From an uncultured Collinsella sp. (GTDB lineage: Bacteria; Actinomycetota; Coriobacteriia; Coriobacteriales; Coriobacteriaceae), in NCBI GenBank assembly GCA_958370325.1, contig CATXJW010000003.1:8352-72351 (forward strand): 64,000 bases of DNA. The letters run 5' to 3'. A program made the translations under genes and the position numbers. The notes beneath the pieces are model-generated. The model saw only the letters and a list, made by a program, of their open reading frames with translations. It was not told where the DNA came from and ran no database searches. How positions within the stretch are numbered: the stretch's first letter is position 1; the number at the start of each line of letters is the position of its first letter. Below, one piece after another: positions 11,864 to 20,662 of this stretch.

Positions 11864-13708
11864 CTAGGCCTCCTTGGTCGTAGAAATAGAATCGGGCGAT
11901 ACTTCGACAGGTCCGCCAAAAGTACGGGCAGCTGCGGCTCCACCGGCAAGCGGAGTCGCCATCTGGGCTTTTGTGCGTCGCGGTGCCGAAACGGGAAGTT
12001 CAAAGGCAAAGCCCATCGCAAGCAAAAACCACGTAAGCGTATAGGTTGCAACCAGAGCGGCAACAAGGCCGCCCATCACGGCGCGTTGGGAAAATACGCT
12101 ACATGCAGCCACAACCAGCACCGGAGCCTCGCAGGCAGAAAGCGCAAGCACACCCTGCAGGAACCCCGAGCGCCGATCGCGCGCAAGTGCCCCCGCGGCA
12201 ACGCCGGCTATGCCTGGTAGCGCCAACGCCAGTGCGGCAATAATACCCGGTAGCGACCCAGACCACACGAGCGATCCCAAAGTCGCCGTCACGCGAGCGC
12301 CCGACGCCAGCAGCGCGGCCGAAACCACGACCACAGCCCAAACCACGCCACAGACGACCGTCGCGCCGACCATCAGCGCGCGGCGAACCGCGCGGCCAGA
12401 CGCATCCATGGGGCACGGCGTGAGCGGCTCGCCGCGGAGCGAACGACCGACATTTTGCGCATAGTGGTCACAAAACGCCGAGAGCGCCGCCTCGACCGCC
12501 GCCGGCTCGGGACGATCTTTTTGATGGCTGGACAGACAGGCCATCACCACGTCGAACAGCTGGGCATCGACAAACGCCAGCGCATCGCGTAGCTCTTCGG
12601 AATCCGGCTCAAGCCCTAGCTGCTGGGCCTGCTCGGCCGCGGCGAGCGCCACATCGGGCTCACGACGAAGCAGCTGAGTCAAATCGCAACCGGGCGCATG
12701 GGCACCAATGGGATAGTCGGGCCGCGTGTCCATCTTGAGACGGTAGGGGCTGGCGATGTCGCGCGTCTTTTTGCGCGAACCCGAGGTGCCCGAAGTGCTC
12801 GGCGCGGCTTCGTATGGCGCGACGCCGGCAATGAGCTCGTAAACCGTGCTTGCCGCGGCATAGACGTCGATCGCCGGCGACATACGCAAAGCGCGCAGGT
12901 CGGGAATATCGTCGGTGAGCATCTCGGGCGGAGCGTAGGCCACCGTCGCTCGACGCAGCGTGGCATAGCGCTCGGTAAAGGATGCCTTGCCGCCGGTACC
13001 GGCCACGGCCGACGCAGGCTCGAGCGCCAGCGACGAGCCAAAGTCGACCAGGCACAGGTCAAAGGTGCCCTCGGCAAGCTGCCGGTCAAGCGGCAGGCGC
13101 GCCGTACGCACCATAATATTAGCGGGCGAGATATCGCGATGGACAAAGCCCTCCCCCACCAGGCTCATGCGGCAGAGCAGGTCGAACAGGTCGCGCCCCA
13201 AGCGCGCCGCCACAAGCGGCGATAGGCGGCCGGCATCGTCCACGGCAAAGCGCGAGCGCAAGCGGGCGAGCGTCTCGCCCTCGACCCATTCCATGACAAT
13301 TGCAGGCACACCGTCAACCTCGCCCCAGCCATAGAGGCGGGGAAAGCCCTTAAGGCCCGAAAGGGCGCGATGGCATTCATATTCCTCGCGAAATGCCGCT
13401 TTGAACTTGGCGACCAGCGACTCATGGGCGGCATCGTCGTCAAACTCATCGCGCGTCGGCAAGATGAGCTGTTTGAGTGCTACGGCCTCGCCTTGGGCGT
13501 TGACAGCACGCGTCACGCGGCCGATACCGCCACGGCGCATGGTGGCATCGTCGGCAAACAGTATCGTAAAACGACGCAGATAGGCAGGCAGTTCGTCCTG
13601 ACCGAGCGCAATGGCCGGCTCAAACCCGTCGACACGCGCCAGGCGCAGGCCGACCATGGGATCGCGACCGAGCGATTGTGGTGTGGTGGATGCAAGATCG
13701 GTCATCAT
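11864..13708 (-). CDS. Ser/Thr protein kinase with C-terminal polytopic membrane region
   Basis: Hanks-kinase motifs are present: VALKQL, HRDISPANIMV, DFGSS and APPE. The C-terminal ~190 aa hold 4-5 Ala/Gly/Val-rich TM helices. The start overlaps the upstream stop as ATGA (13705-13708). Confidence 0.85.
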   Translation of the reverse strand: MMTDLASTTPQSLGRDPMVGLRLARVDGFEPAIALGQDELPAYLRRFTILFADDATMRRGGIGRVTRAVNAQGEAVALKQLILPTRDEFDDDAAHESLVAKFKAAFREEYECHRALSGLKGFPRLYGWGEVDGVPAIVMEWVEGETLARLRSRFAVDDAGRLSPLVAARLGRDLFDLLCRMSLVGEGFVHRDISPANIMVRTARLPLDRQLAEGTFDLCLVDFGSSLALEPASAVAGTGGKASFTERYATLRRATVAYAPPEMLTDDIPDLRALRMSPAIDVYAAASTVYELIAGVAPYEAAPSTSGTSGSRKKTRDIASPYRLKMDTRPDYPIGAHAPGCDLTQLLRREPDVALAAAEQAQQLGLEPDSEELRDALAFVDAQLFDVVMACLSSHQKDRPEPAAVEAALSAFCDHYAQNVGRSLRGEPLTPCPMDASGRAVRRALMVGATVVCGVVWAVVVVSAALLASGARVTATLGSLVWSGSLPGIIAALALALPGIAGVAAGALARDRRSGFLQGVLALSACEAPVLVVAACSVFSQRAVMGGLVAALVATYTLTWFLLAMGFAFELPVSAPRRTKAQMATPLAGGAAAARTFGGPVEVSPDSISTTKEA

Positions 13709-14610
13709 AGGGCAAGCGCCGCCACGTTATTGTTGAAGTTACCGAGCGCGACGTCATCATCGCCGTAATGGCCGACCCATTGACATAGGTTGGTGTAACA
13801 GCCCCACAGATTGGCATACTGCTGATACCACTTTGACCGGGGCGAGAATGTCTGACGACCGAACTCGGCTCGAATGACAAACATCTCCCCGACTAGGCTG
13901 TCGCACGGCCTGGGATCTCCCGTAGAGTTATAGGTCGAAACCACGTCATTGGCACGAGAAACATAGCCGTCGAGCATGTTGTACTTGGTCACAAGCCAAC
14001 TGTGAATGCTCTCTTCCTCAGCAACGGAAAGGCCACCGGAGTTTGCATCGTTGTCAGTGTTGCCGCCCGTCGAGCCGCCGTTTCCAGACCCTCCGGCAGA
14101 GGAACCCGACCCAGAGCCGCCGCCCGAACTCGACGAATCCGAGCCGGAGCCAGAAGTATCCGAGCTACCGGGCTTTCCGGACTGCTGGGCGTCCTGCTCC
14201 TTCTGCTGCTCGACCTTATTCACCGTTGCCGCCACGCTATTGTTGGACAACCGATCGATGATCTTGGTGTTGGTGAGCACGATGGTTTTGCCATTGGCAA
14301 GCGTGACTTCGTTGTCCGGGGCCTCGGCGCCGTCCGCGTCGTCAGTGCCAAACACAATATGCGCGACCACACTTGCCCAAGCATATCCAGTCGTGGTGCC
14401 CAGGTCACTTTTGACCTCATGCCCCACGCGCGGTTCGCGTGCGGCATGTGCCTGCATCATGGACGGCACGGTCATGCCATAGGCAGAAACGCCAGCTATG
14501 ACCAGCACCAGCGAGCAAGACAGCAGTGCGTACGCCCGCGGCGCCAAGCCCAGTCGGCGTCGCATGCGCACCGCGGCGCCGCGCTTTGTCTGAGTGCCAC
14601 CGGGCCGCAT
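13705..14610 (-). CDS. signal-anchored extracytoplasmic protein with Ser/Gly-rich linker, unknown function
   Basis: The ORF was trimmed to the ATG at 14610, behind GGAGGAG. Features are a TM anchor (YALLSCSLVLVIAGVSAYG), a ~55-aa S/G/D/N low-complexity linker, and a Cys/Trp/Tyr-containing C-terminal domain. No family was recognised. Confidence 0.6.
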   Translation of the reverse strand: MRPGGTQTKRGAAVRMRRRLGLAPRAYALLSCSLVLVIAGVSAYGMTVPSMMQAHAAREPRVGHEVKSDLGTTTGYAWASVVAHIVFGTDDADGAEAPDNEVTLANGKTIVLTNTKIIDRLSNNSVAATVNKVEQQKEQDAQQSGKPGSSDTSGSGSDSSSSGGGSGSGSSAGGSGNGGSTGGNTDNDANSGGLSVAEEESIHSWLVTKYNMLDGYVSRANDVVSTYNSTGDPRPCDSLVGEMFVIRAEFGRQTFSPRSKWYQQYANLWGCYTNLCQWVGHYGDDDVALGNFNNNVAALAL

Positions 14611-14855
14611 GCGTTCTCCTCCAACAAAAACACGCCGCTCGGGAGCGGCGCATTCATTCGAATCCATATTTGAGTGTATCAGCGAACCCAAAAGGTTGCG
14701 CAACGAATGGGCAAATTAAGGATGCGAGTGGAAGCATCCATGCGATAAGCGGATACAAAGCATCTTTGTTGCACAACAAACTTACAGTCGCACGGGAAAA
14801 TTATGACTACCCCGTGCGTCGCGAGGAAAACATACGGCAGGAGCAGGCTCGCCAC

Positions 14856-15452
14856 CTAAATCGTGCGACGGGCCTCGATGGCGCGCCCGAGCGTAAGCTC
14901 GTCGGCATACTCCAGGTCGCCGCCCACGGGCAGGCCGCTCGCCAGACGCGACACCTCAACGCCCAGTGGCTTGATAGTGCGGGCCAGGTAGCTCGCCGTG
15001 GTCTCGCCCTCGATGTTGGGGTTGGTGGCGATGATGACCTCATGGATATCCTCGTGGCCCAAACGCGCCAGCAGCTCGCGGATGTGCAACTGCTCGGGAC
15101 CGATCTTGTCCATGGGGCTGATCACGCCGCCTAGCACATGGTACAGGCCATGGTAGCTGCCCGTGCGCTCGATTGCCTGGACGTCGCGCGGCTCGCCCAC
15201 CACGCAAATGCGAGTGGTGTCGCGCATCGAATCCTGGCAGATGGAGCACTCGTCGGCCGTGGCGTAGTTAAAGCAGCGGCTGCAAAAGTGGACCTCCTGC
15301 TTAACCTCCAGGATGGCCTCGGCCAGGCGGCGCGCCTCCTCGGCGTCAGCCTCCAACAGGTAATAGGCGATGCGCTGGGCCGACTTGGGACCAATGCCCG
15401 GCAGACGGCCCAGCTCATCGAGCAGTTTTTGCAGACTGTGGTTCGCACTCAT
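14856..15452 (-). CDS. recR: recombination protein RecR
   Basis: [17 protein letters not shown] helix-hairpin-helix, a C4 zinc finger (CSRCFNY...CSICQD) and a Toprim region. Confidence 0.95.
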   Translation of the reverse strand: MSANHSLQKLLDELGRLPGIGPKSAQRIAYYLLEADAEEARRLAEAILEVKQEVHFCSRCFNYATADECSICQDSMRDTTRICVVGEPRDVQAIERTGSYHGLYHVLGGVISPMDKIGPEQLHIRELLARLGHEDIHEVIIATNPNIEGETTASYLARTIKPLGVEVSRLASGLPVGGDLEYADELTLGRAIEARRTI

Positions 15453-15465
15453 ATATATGCGTGTC

Positions 15466-15786
15466 TTAGAACGGCATGCCCGGGATGTTGAGGCCGCCGG
15501 TGATGGCGCCCATCTGCTTGTTGGCGAGCTCGTTGACGCCGCGGACGGCCTCGTTGACGGCAGCCATGATCATGTCCTGCAGCATATCGACGTCCTCGGG
15601 ATCGAGGGCATCGGGATCGATGGTAAGGTTGACGAGTTCCATCTCGCCGTTAACGGTCACCTTGACCATGCCGCCGCCGGCAGAGGCGTCGACGGTCTGG
15701 GACTTGAGGTTCTCCTGCGCGGCGGCAAGCTGCTCCTGCATCTTGCGAGCCTGCTTCATCATCTGCTGCATGTTCATACCGGCCAT
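15466..15786 (-). CDS. ybaB: YbaB/EbfC nucleoid-associated protein
   Basis: 106 aa. [15 protein letters not shown]...[11 protein letters not shown]...IDP is the family pattern, and the gene lies directly upstream of recR as usual. Confidence 0.9.
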   Translation of the reverse strand: MAGMNMQQMMKQARKMQEQLAAAQENLKSQTVDASAGGGMVKVTVNGEMELVNLTIDPDALDPEDVDMLQDMIMAAVNEAVRGVNELANKQMGAITGGLNIPGMPF

Positions 15787-16125
15787 GATGGCTCCTTTAC
15801 GTGCGGCCGCACGCCGAGCTGCAAGGGCAGCCGGAGCACGGCGGGACTTTCAAACTCAAAAATCGTACCACGGCGCGAGGCCAGCGAGCGGGGCGGACAC
15901 GCCACCTCAGTCGATATACATGTCCTCCAATACAAACCGCACGCAAAGATTATGCAAGGTCGAATTATGCAAGGCTGCATAATATCGCACACTCAATCTA
16001 GTAGAGCCGAATCCGGCATTTCATGTGTGCCACTAAATAGCTAAATGCCGAACCGCTGCTCGAGGCGGCGCACATGGCGGCAGGGTATAATTTGATTGTC
16101 ATAGATAGCAATTTGGAGGTGCCCC

Positions 16126-16602
16126 ATGAATGCCCCCGACGCGCTCCAAAACATCCGCTCAAAACACCCCGCTCTATATTTGGTTATCTATCTCTTTGCC
16201 GGCTGGGCATTGCTGGTTGTCGTCGCCCACGCTATAGCCTTTGGAGCAGAACTGTTAGTAGCCAGCTCGGACCAGCCCGCCGTCAAATGGGAAGCGACCG
16301 ATGAGTGCACCGACGGAACCCGAACCATTTACTACAACAGCCCGTCCCTCTACCAGGAGTTCAAGGTCAAGATAGAGGACGCCAAGATTGTCGATGCCGA
16401 GCCAGGCGTTTATTTGGCAATCGGAGCAACCGTCAACGCCGAACAAGTCGAGTACACGGACAGCCATGCGACGTATCGCATCGACCTCAGCATCCTAGGC
16501 CGACCGTCACGTACCTGTCTGCTCGAATGCGACATACGCGGCACCACACTACACATGTCCGAAATACAAATGCGCCCGGATAAAAAGCCCCTAAAGAGCT
16601 AG
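16126..16602 (+). CDS. hypothetical membrane-anchored protein
   Basis: 158-aa ORF with one N-terminal TM (LYLVIYLFAGWALLVVVAHAIAF). It has visibly lower GC than its neighbours. No family was recognised. Confidence 0.5.
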   Translation: MNAPDALQNIRSKHPALYLVIYLFAGWALLVVVAHAIAFGAELLVASSDQPAVKWEATDECTDGTRTIYYNSPSLYQEFKVKIEDAKIVDAEPGVYLAIGATVNAEQVEYTDSHATYRIDLSILGRPSRTCLLECDIRGTTLHMSEIQMRPDKKPLKS

Positions 16603-16627
16603 GGGTCCTAAGCCCAGCAAGCGATTC

Positions 16628-16900
16628 TCAACAGTAAAACGACAGCCCACCGGTTGTTTCTTTCCAGCGTTTGCAAATCAGCGCATGGTTAGATGAAACA
16701 AACTGCATGATATCGCGTAAATCCCGAGCAGGAATATCGCCCTTGTTATGGGCCAGCTTGCATCCGCCGGAGCGGGTAAGCCATATCTTGGTTGCCTCGG
16801 CAGTGGGGCGCTTGACCGCAACGTGAACATGGACAGGTTCGCCGTTCTCCCCCGTCCTGAAGAAGATGATGTACGGCCCGAGTCGAAACAGACTAGGCAT
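16628..16900 (-). CDS. DUF4160-family small protein
   Basis: MPSLFRLGPYIIFFRTGENGEPVHVHV...KIWL...N.G matches my memory of the DUF4160 pattern (F..G.Y.I.F....H.P.H.HV). I trimmed the 148-aa ORF to the ATG at 16900. Confidence 0.65.
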   Translation of the reverse strand: MPSLFRLGPYIIFFRTGENGEPVHVHVAVKRPTAEATKIWLTRSGGCKLAHNKGDIPARDLRDIMQFVSSNHALICKRWKETTGGLSFYC

Positions 16901-17153
16901 AGACTCGTCCGCCTTCGTAGGCAAAACGCAGGATGAGCGGGGCATTGTTGCGCACGAAATCATCGAGTTCTTTGAGGTCCGCTTCGCTAAAGCCCTCGTG
17001 TGACACCCAATTGAATGCCGGCAAGATACACTCCGCCATGTCAAAACCCCAATCGCGTGGGCGCTCCACAACAACCTTCACCGTGTTGTCCTCCCGGACT
17101 TCGGAATACGAAACCTGCGTATCGTCCTCAAGGCGGACATATTCCCACATCAT
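16893..17153 (-). CDS. small hypothetical protein translationally coupled to the DUF4160 gene
   Basis: 86-aa ORF whose 3' end overlaps the DUF4160 start by 8 nt. No family was recognised. Confidence 0.45.
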   Translation of the reverse strand: MMWEYVRLEDDTQVSYSEVREDNTVKVVVERPRDWGFDMAECILPAFNWVSHEGFSEADLKELDDFVRNNAPLILRFAYEGGRVYA

Positions 17154-17207
17154 AAGCTCGCTCCGTTCAAAGGGTTCTCTTCTTGAGCAGTATACCCGCC
17201 TGCGCAG

Positions 17208-19691
17208 CTACTCCACCGGCTTGAAGATGGTGGACTGACCGAAGACGCTGCGGATGAGGGCTTTGGCCTCGTCCTCGGTCTGCGGGATGCTCGGGGCTGC
17301 GCCCTGATGGCCGAAGGGACTGCCCGCGCCGGGGTTGGACTCCCAGGGAGCTGCAGGAGCGTCCTCCTCTTTGGGGGCAGTTGCAGCGGGCTTGGGCGCG
17401 GGCGTCGCACCCGGCACGTCGAACGGAGGCAGATCGTCCCCGCTCGCATCGCCTGCAAAGCCGCCGACCATGGCGTCATCGTAGGGCACCTGCTCGGATT
17501 CCCACGGTGCAGACTGCGCAGACGGCTGAGCCTTGGGAGCGGACGCGCGCTCGGGCGCTCGGGGTGCGGGCTCAGTCGGGAGCTTGCCCGTGGCGGGAGC
17601 GCCGGCAAGGTTGTCCGAGCGCAGCCAGGGGGCCTTGCCCAGGTCAGATGACTTGGGCGCAGGCGCAGCGGCAGGCTTGGGCGTGGGGACCGAAGCAGCC
17701 GATTTGGCCGCGGCTGGCTTAGGCGCCGACGGGGTCGATGCCGCTACCGGTGCCGCTTGCTGCTGCGGCGCGCTGGCGCTCGAGGATACAGGGGCCGCCG
17801 AGGACACGGGCTGCGGGTCCGCAGATGCCGCAGCCCGTGCAGATGGAGAATGCTCCTCGTGTTGAGGAGCCGGCGTGCCACCTCCATCCAGGACGTAGTC
17901 GACGGTGCGACGACCGAAGACCGCGCAGACCGTCGGCAGGACCACCGACTGCGTATCGGCGCGACCGAGCATTTTGATGGCAAAGGTCGAGCCCGCGGGG
18001 AACGAGACCGTGAGCTTGGAGCCGTCGTCGGCCGTGGCGCGGGCATTGAGCAAAAGCCCTGCGTAGGAGGCCTGACGAGCCTTGACGCGTTCGACGACCT
18101 CGGCCCATTTGCGCTGGAGCTCACCGGCATCCTCGACCGCGGGGGTCTCGGCGGCGCCGGCGGCGGCAACCTGGGCGGCATTGTTGGACTGGGGCTTAGG
18201 TGCCGGAGCGGTGGCAGGCGCGGGGGCCGCAACGGGCTGAGGCGTCGGAGCCGGCGCAGGCTGAGGTGCAGGCGCTACAGGCTTGGAAGCCGACACGGAC
18301 GCAGAACGGGGGCCAGGCTGAGCCGCCGGAGCGGCAGCACCACGGTCCCAAGGCATGCCGCCCTGATGCGCGGACGTAGCAGCGGGGGCAGCGGATGCCG
18401 CCGGAGCGGCAGCACGGGCGCCCGAAATGAGCGTTGGCTGCTGGGCAGCAGCGGGTACGGATGCTGCAGGCGCGGCGGCCTGAGCAGCGGCCACACTCGC
18501 CGGCACGGCGCCGTTGGCAACCATGGCCTCCAGACGTGCCACGCGCTCGGCCAACGCCTCAATCGTTAAATCAGCCTCGGGACGTGTCAGACGCGTGCAG
18601 GCAATCTCGAGCACCAGGCGCACGTCGCTCGCGCCCCTCATCTCCAGTGCGGCATCGTCGAGCACTGTCAGCACACGGGCCAGGCGGTCGGCAGGATGCT
18701 CGCCAAAGGCAGCGGCCTCGGCAGCAAGCGCCTCGGCCTGCTCGGAGCCGCCCTCAAACAGCTCGGCGCGGGCACCGGCAACGCAGGCAACGTACACGTC
18801 ACGCACATGCGCCACCAGATCGCGCGTCAGCTCCAGCAGGTCGTTTCCTTCCTCGACCTGCGCACGAATCAGTCCATAGAGCTCGGCAACATCGCGATCG
18901 GCAATGGCGCGGGAAAACTCGCCCAGAATCTGGTCCGAAACCTCGCCTAAAAGCGAGCGGGCGTCGTCCGCATGCACAGAACCGTTACCAAAGACGCTCA
19001 GCTGCTCCAGCGTGGACAATGCGTCGCGCATGCCACCCTTGGCATGGCGCGCCACGATAGCCAGCGCCTCGTCGTCGTAATCGAAGCCCTCCTGCTCGCA
19101 CACGTATGCCAGGCGATGCTCAATATCCTCGTTGCCGATGCGATGGAAATCGAAACGCTGGCAGCGCGAGAGGATGGTCTCCAGAATCTTTTGCGGGTCG
19201 GTGGTGCACAGCACAAAGATCACGTGTGCCGGCGGCTCCTCGAGCGTCTTGAGCAGCGCGTTGAACGCCGCCGTCGTGAGCATGTGGACCTCGTCGATGA
19301 TATAGATCTTGTACTTGCCGCGCACCGGGGCAAAGTTGACGGAGTTGATGATCTCCTCGCGCACGTTGTCCACGCCGGTACGGCTTGCGGCATCGAGCTC
19401 GTAGACATCCGGGTGGTTGCCCTCGGCAATGAGCTCGCACTCCTCACAGGTACCGTCGGGCATGCAGCCGCTTGCACCCTCGGCGCGCGCCACCTCGGCA
19501 TTGCGGCACAGCAGCGCCTTGGCCAGAATGCGCGCCATGGTGGTCTTGCCCGTGCCGCGCGGTCCGCAGAACAGGTAGGCGTGGGACAGGCGTCCCTCGG
19601 TGATAGCGTGCTCGAGCGTCGAGACGATATGCTGCTGGCCCACCACGGAGTCGAAGGTGAGCGGGCGATACTTTCGGTACAACGATTCCAT
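17208..19691 (-). CDS. dnaX: DNA polymerase III subunit gamma/tau
   Basis: MESLYRKYRPLTFDSVVGQQH...GPRGTGKTT...IYIIDEVHML are the clamp-loader AAA+ motifs. The C-terminal half is a long Ala/Pro-rich region. Start set to the ATG at 19691, behind GGGGGAG. Confidence 0.9.
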   Translation of the reverse strand: MESLYRKYRPLTFDSVVGQQHIVSTLEHAITEGRLSHAYLFCGPRGTGKTTMARILAKALLCRNAEVARAEGASGCMPDGTCEECELIAEGNHPDVYELDAASRTGVDNVREEIINSVNFAPVRGKYKIYIIDEVHMLTTAAFNALLKTLEEPPAHVIFVLCTTDPQKILETILSRCQRFDFHRIGNEDIEHRLAYVCEQEGFDYDDEALAIVARHAKGGMRDALSTLEQLSVFGNGSVHADDARSLLGEVSDQILGEFSRAIADRDVAELYGLIRAQVEEGNDLLELTRDLVAHVRDVYVACVAGARAELFEGGSEQAEALAAEAAAFGEHPADRLARVLTVLDDAALEMRGASDVRLVLEIACTRLTRPEADLTIEALAERVARLEAMVANGAVPASVAAAQAAAPAASVPAAAQQPTLISGARAAAPAASAAPAATSAHQGGMPWDRGAAAPAAQPGPRSASVSASKPVAPAPQPAPAPTPQPVAAPAPATAPAPKPQSNNAAQVAAAGAAETPAVEDAGELQRKWAEVVERVKARQASYAGLLLNARATADDGSKLTVSFPAGSTFAIKMLGRADTQSVVLPTVCAVFGRRTVDYVLDGGGTPAPQHEEHSPSARAAASADPQPVSSAAPVSSSASAPQQQAAPVAASTPSAPKPAAAKSAASVPTPKPAAAPAPKSSDLGKAPWLRSDNLAGAPATGKLPTEPAPRAPERASAPKAQPSAQSAPWESEQVPYDDAMVGGFAGDASGDDLPPFDVPGATPAPKPAATAPKEEDAPAAPWESNPGAGSPFGHQGAAPSIPQTEDEAKALIRSVFGQSTIFKPVE

Positions 19692-19807
19692 GGGTGCTCC
19701 CCCGGGTATACTGAGTCTTGTTGCCGCGGCGGCCATGCGGTCGCACGGCATACTGCATTCCATAATAACCCGTACGGCGAGCCCGCCGCGATAGGAGTCC
19801 AAAGAGC

Positions 19808-20524
19808 ATGGCAGACGCAGAGAGCAACCTCGTTCCCTCCGAAGCAGCCGACCAGGTCGAGGTCGCGCTCGAGGCGCAGGCAGCAGCCGACGACGGCATC
19901 CTGTACCTCAACGAGTATCAGTACGAAAACGACCTGGTCACCGACTTCGCCCGCCTGGTCGCCTCGCCCAGGCGCCGTGGCTCCCTGTACGTCGCCGCCG
20001 CGATTGCCGCGCTGCTCGGCATCGGCATGCTGGTGGCCGGCGGCAGCTGGATCAAGTTCGGCGTCGTCTTGATCGTGTTCGGCGCCTTTTTGGCCTGGTG
20101 GAGCAAAAACCTGCACCACACGCTCGCCCGCGACTTTATCGATGCCGTCGAGGCCGACGAGTCCATGGGCGGCCGCTATCGCCGCGTCGCCGCCAACGAA
20201 GACGGTCTGATGGTCTGGGGCAAGAGCGGCAAGTCGCAGTTCTTCCCGTTTGAGAAGCTCGACCACGTACTCGACGGCGAGCGCATCTTTGTGGCCATGT
20301 TCGCCGACCAGGGCGTGACGATCCCCAAGGACACCTTTGTTCGCGGCGATGCCGAGCAGTTTGGCACCTTCCTCAAGGCGCGCATCAACAAAAAACTCCG
20401 CATCGAGACCAAACGCAAGAAGATGAAGGCCGAGAAGGCCGCCGCCGAGGCCAAGCAGGGCGACAAGCCCCAGGAGACCAAGGGCAAGCAGCGCAAGCAG
20501 AAGAAGAACAAGAAGAAGCACTAA
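19808..20524 (+). CDS. YcxB-like two-TM membrane protein with Lys-rich tail
   Basis: 238 aa. Two adjacent TM helices are followed by a PH-like YcxB-type domain (family call is tentative) and a KKMKAEKAAAEAKQGDKPQETKGKQRKQKKNKKKH tail. Confidence 0.6.
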   Translation: MADAESNLVPSEAADQVEVALEAQAAADDGILYLNEYQYENDLVTDFARLVASPRRRGSLYVAAAIAALLGIGMLVAGGSWIKFGVVLIVFGAFLAWWSKNLHHTLARDFIDAVEADESMGGRYRRVAANEDGLMVWGKSGKSQFFPFEKLDHVLDGERIFVAMFADQGVTIPKDTFVRGDAEQFGTFLKARINKKLRIETKRKKMKAEKAAAEAKQGDKPQETKGKQRKQKKNKKKH

Positions 20525-20662
20525 GGCCAAGCCAGACAGGCAGCCTCACATCCCGTTATCCTCGCCATCCGCCCGAGCGTGCTACACTAGCAGCATCTAT
20601 GCCACCGCGAACGGCTCGGCTCCGCGCCCGCCACTCGCAAACGAACTTTAAACGCACGAGGG

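Noticed and set aside
16628-17074. 148-aa version of the DUF4160 ORF
   Set aside because: The N-terminal 58 codons overlap the upstream small gene and do not resemble the family. The family-typical MPSLF... start has its own ATG at 16900.
17208-19691. Programmed -1 frameshift site in dnaX (A AAA AAG type)
   Set aside because: I saw no A-rich slippery heptamer on the coding strand, so a single tau-length product is assumed.
19692-19807. Expected SRP (4.5S/scRNA) gene upstream of dnaX, as in many bacteria
   Set aside because: I looked for the conserved domain IV sequence (GGAAGCAGC-type motif with GNRA loop) on both strands here and in the 15787-16125 spacer and did not find it. The region is more simply a divergent promoter spacer. 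A covariance-model scan would settle it.
19220-20530. 436-aa minus-strand ORF
   Set aside because: It spans the dnaX 5' end in another frame, the divergent intergenic region and the antisense of the YcxB-like gene, so it is not a plausible single gene.
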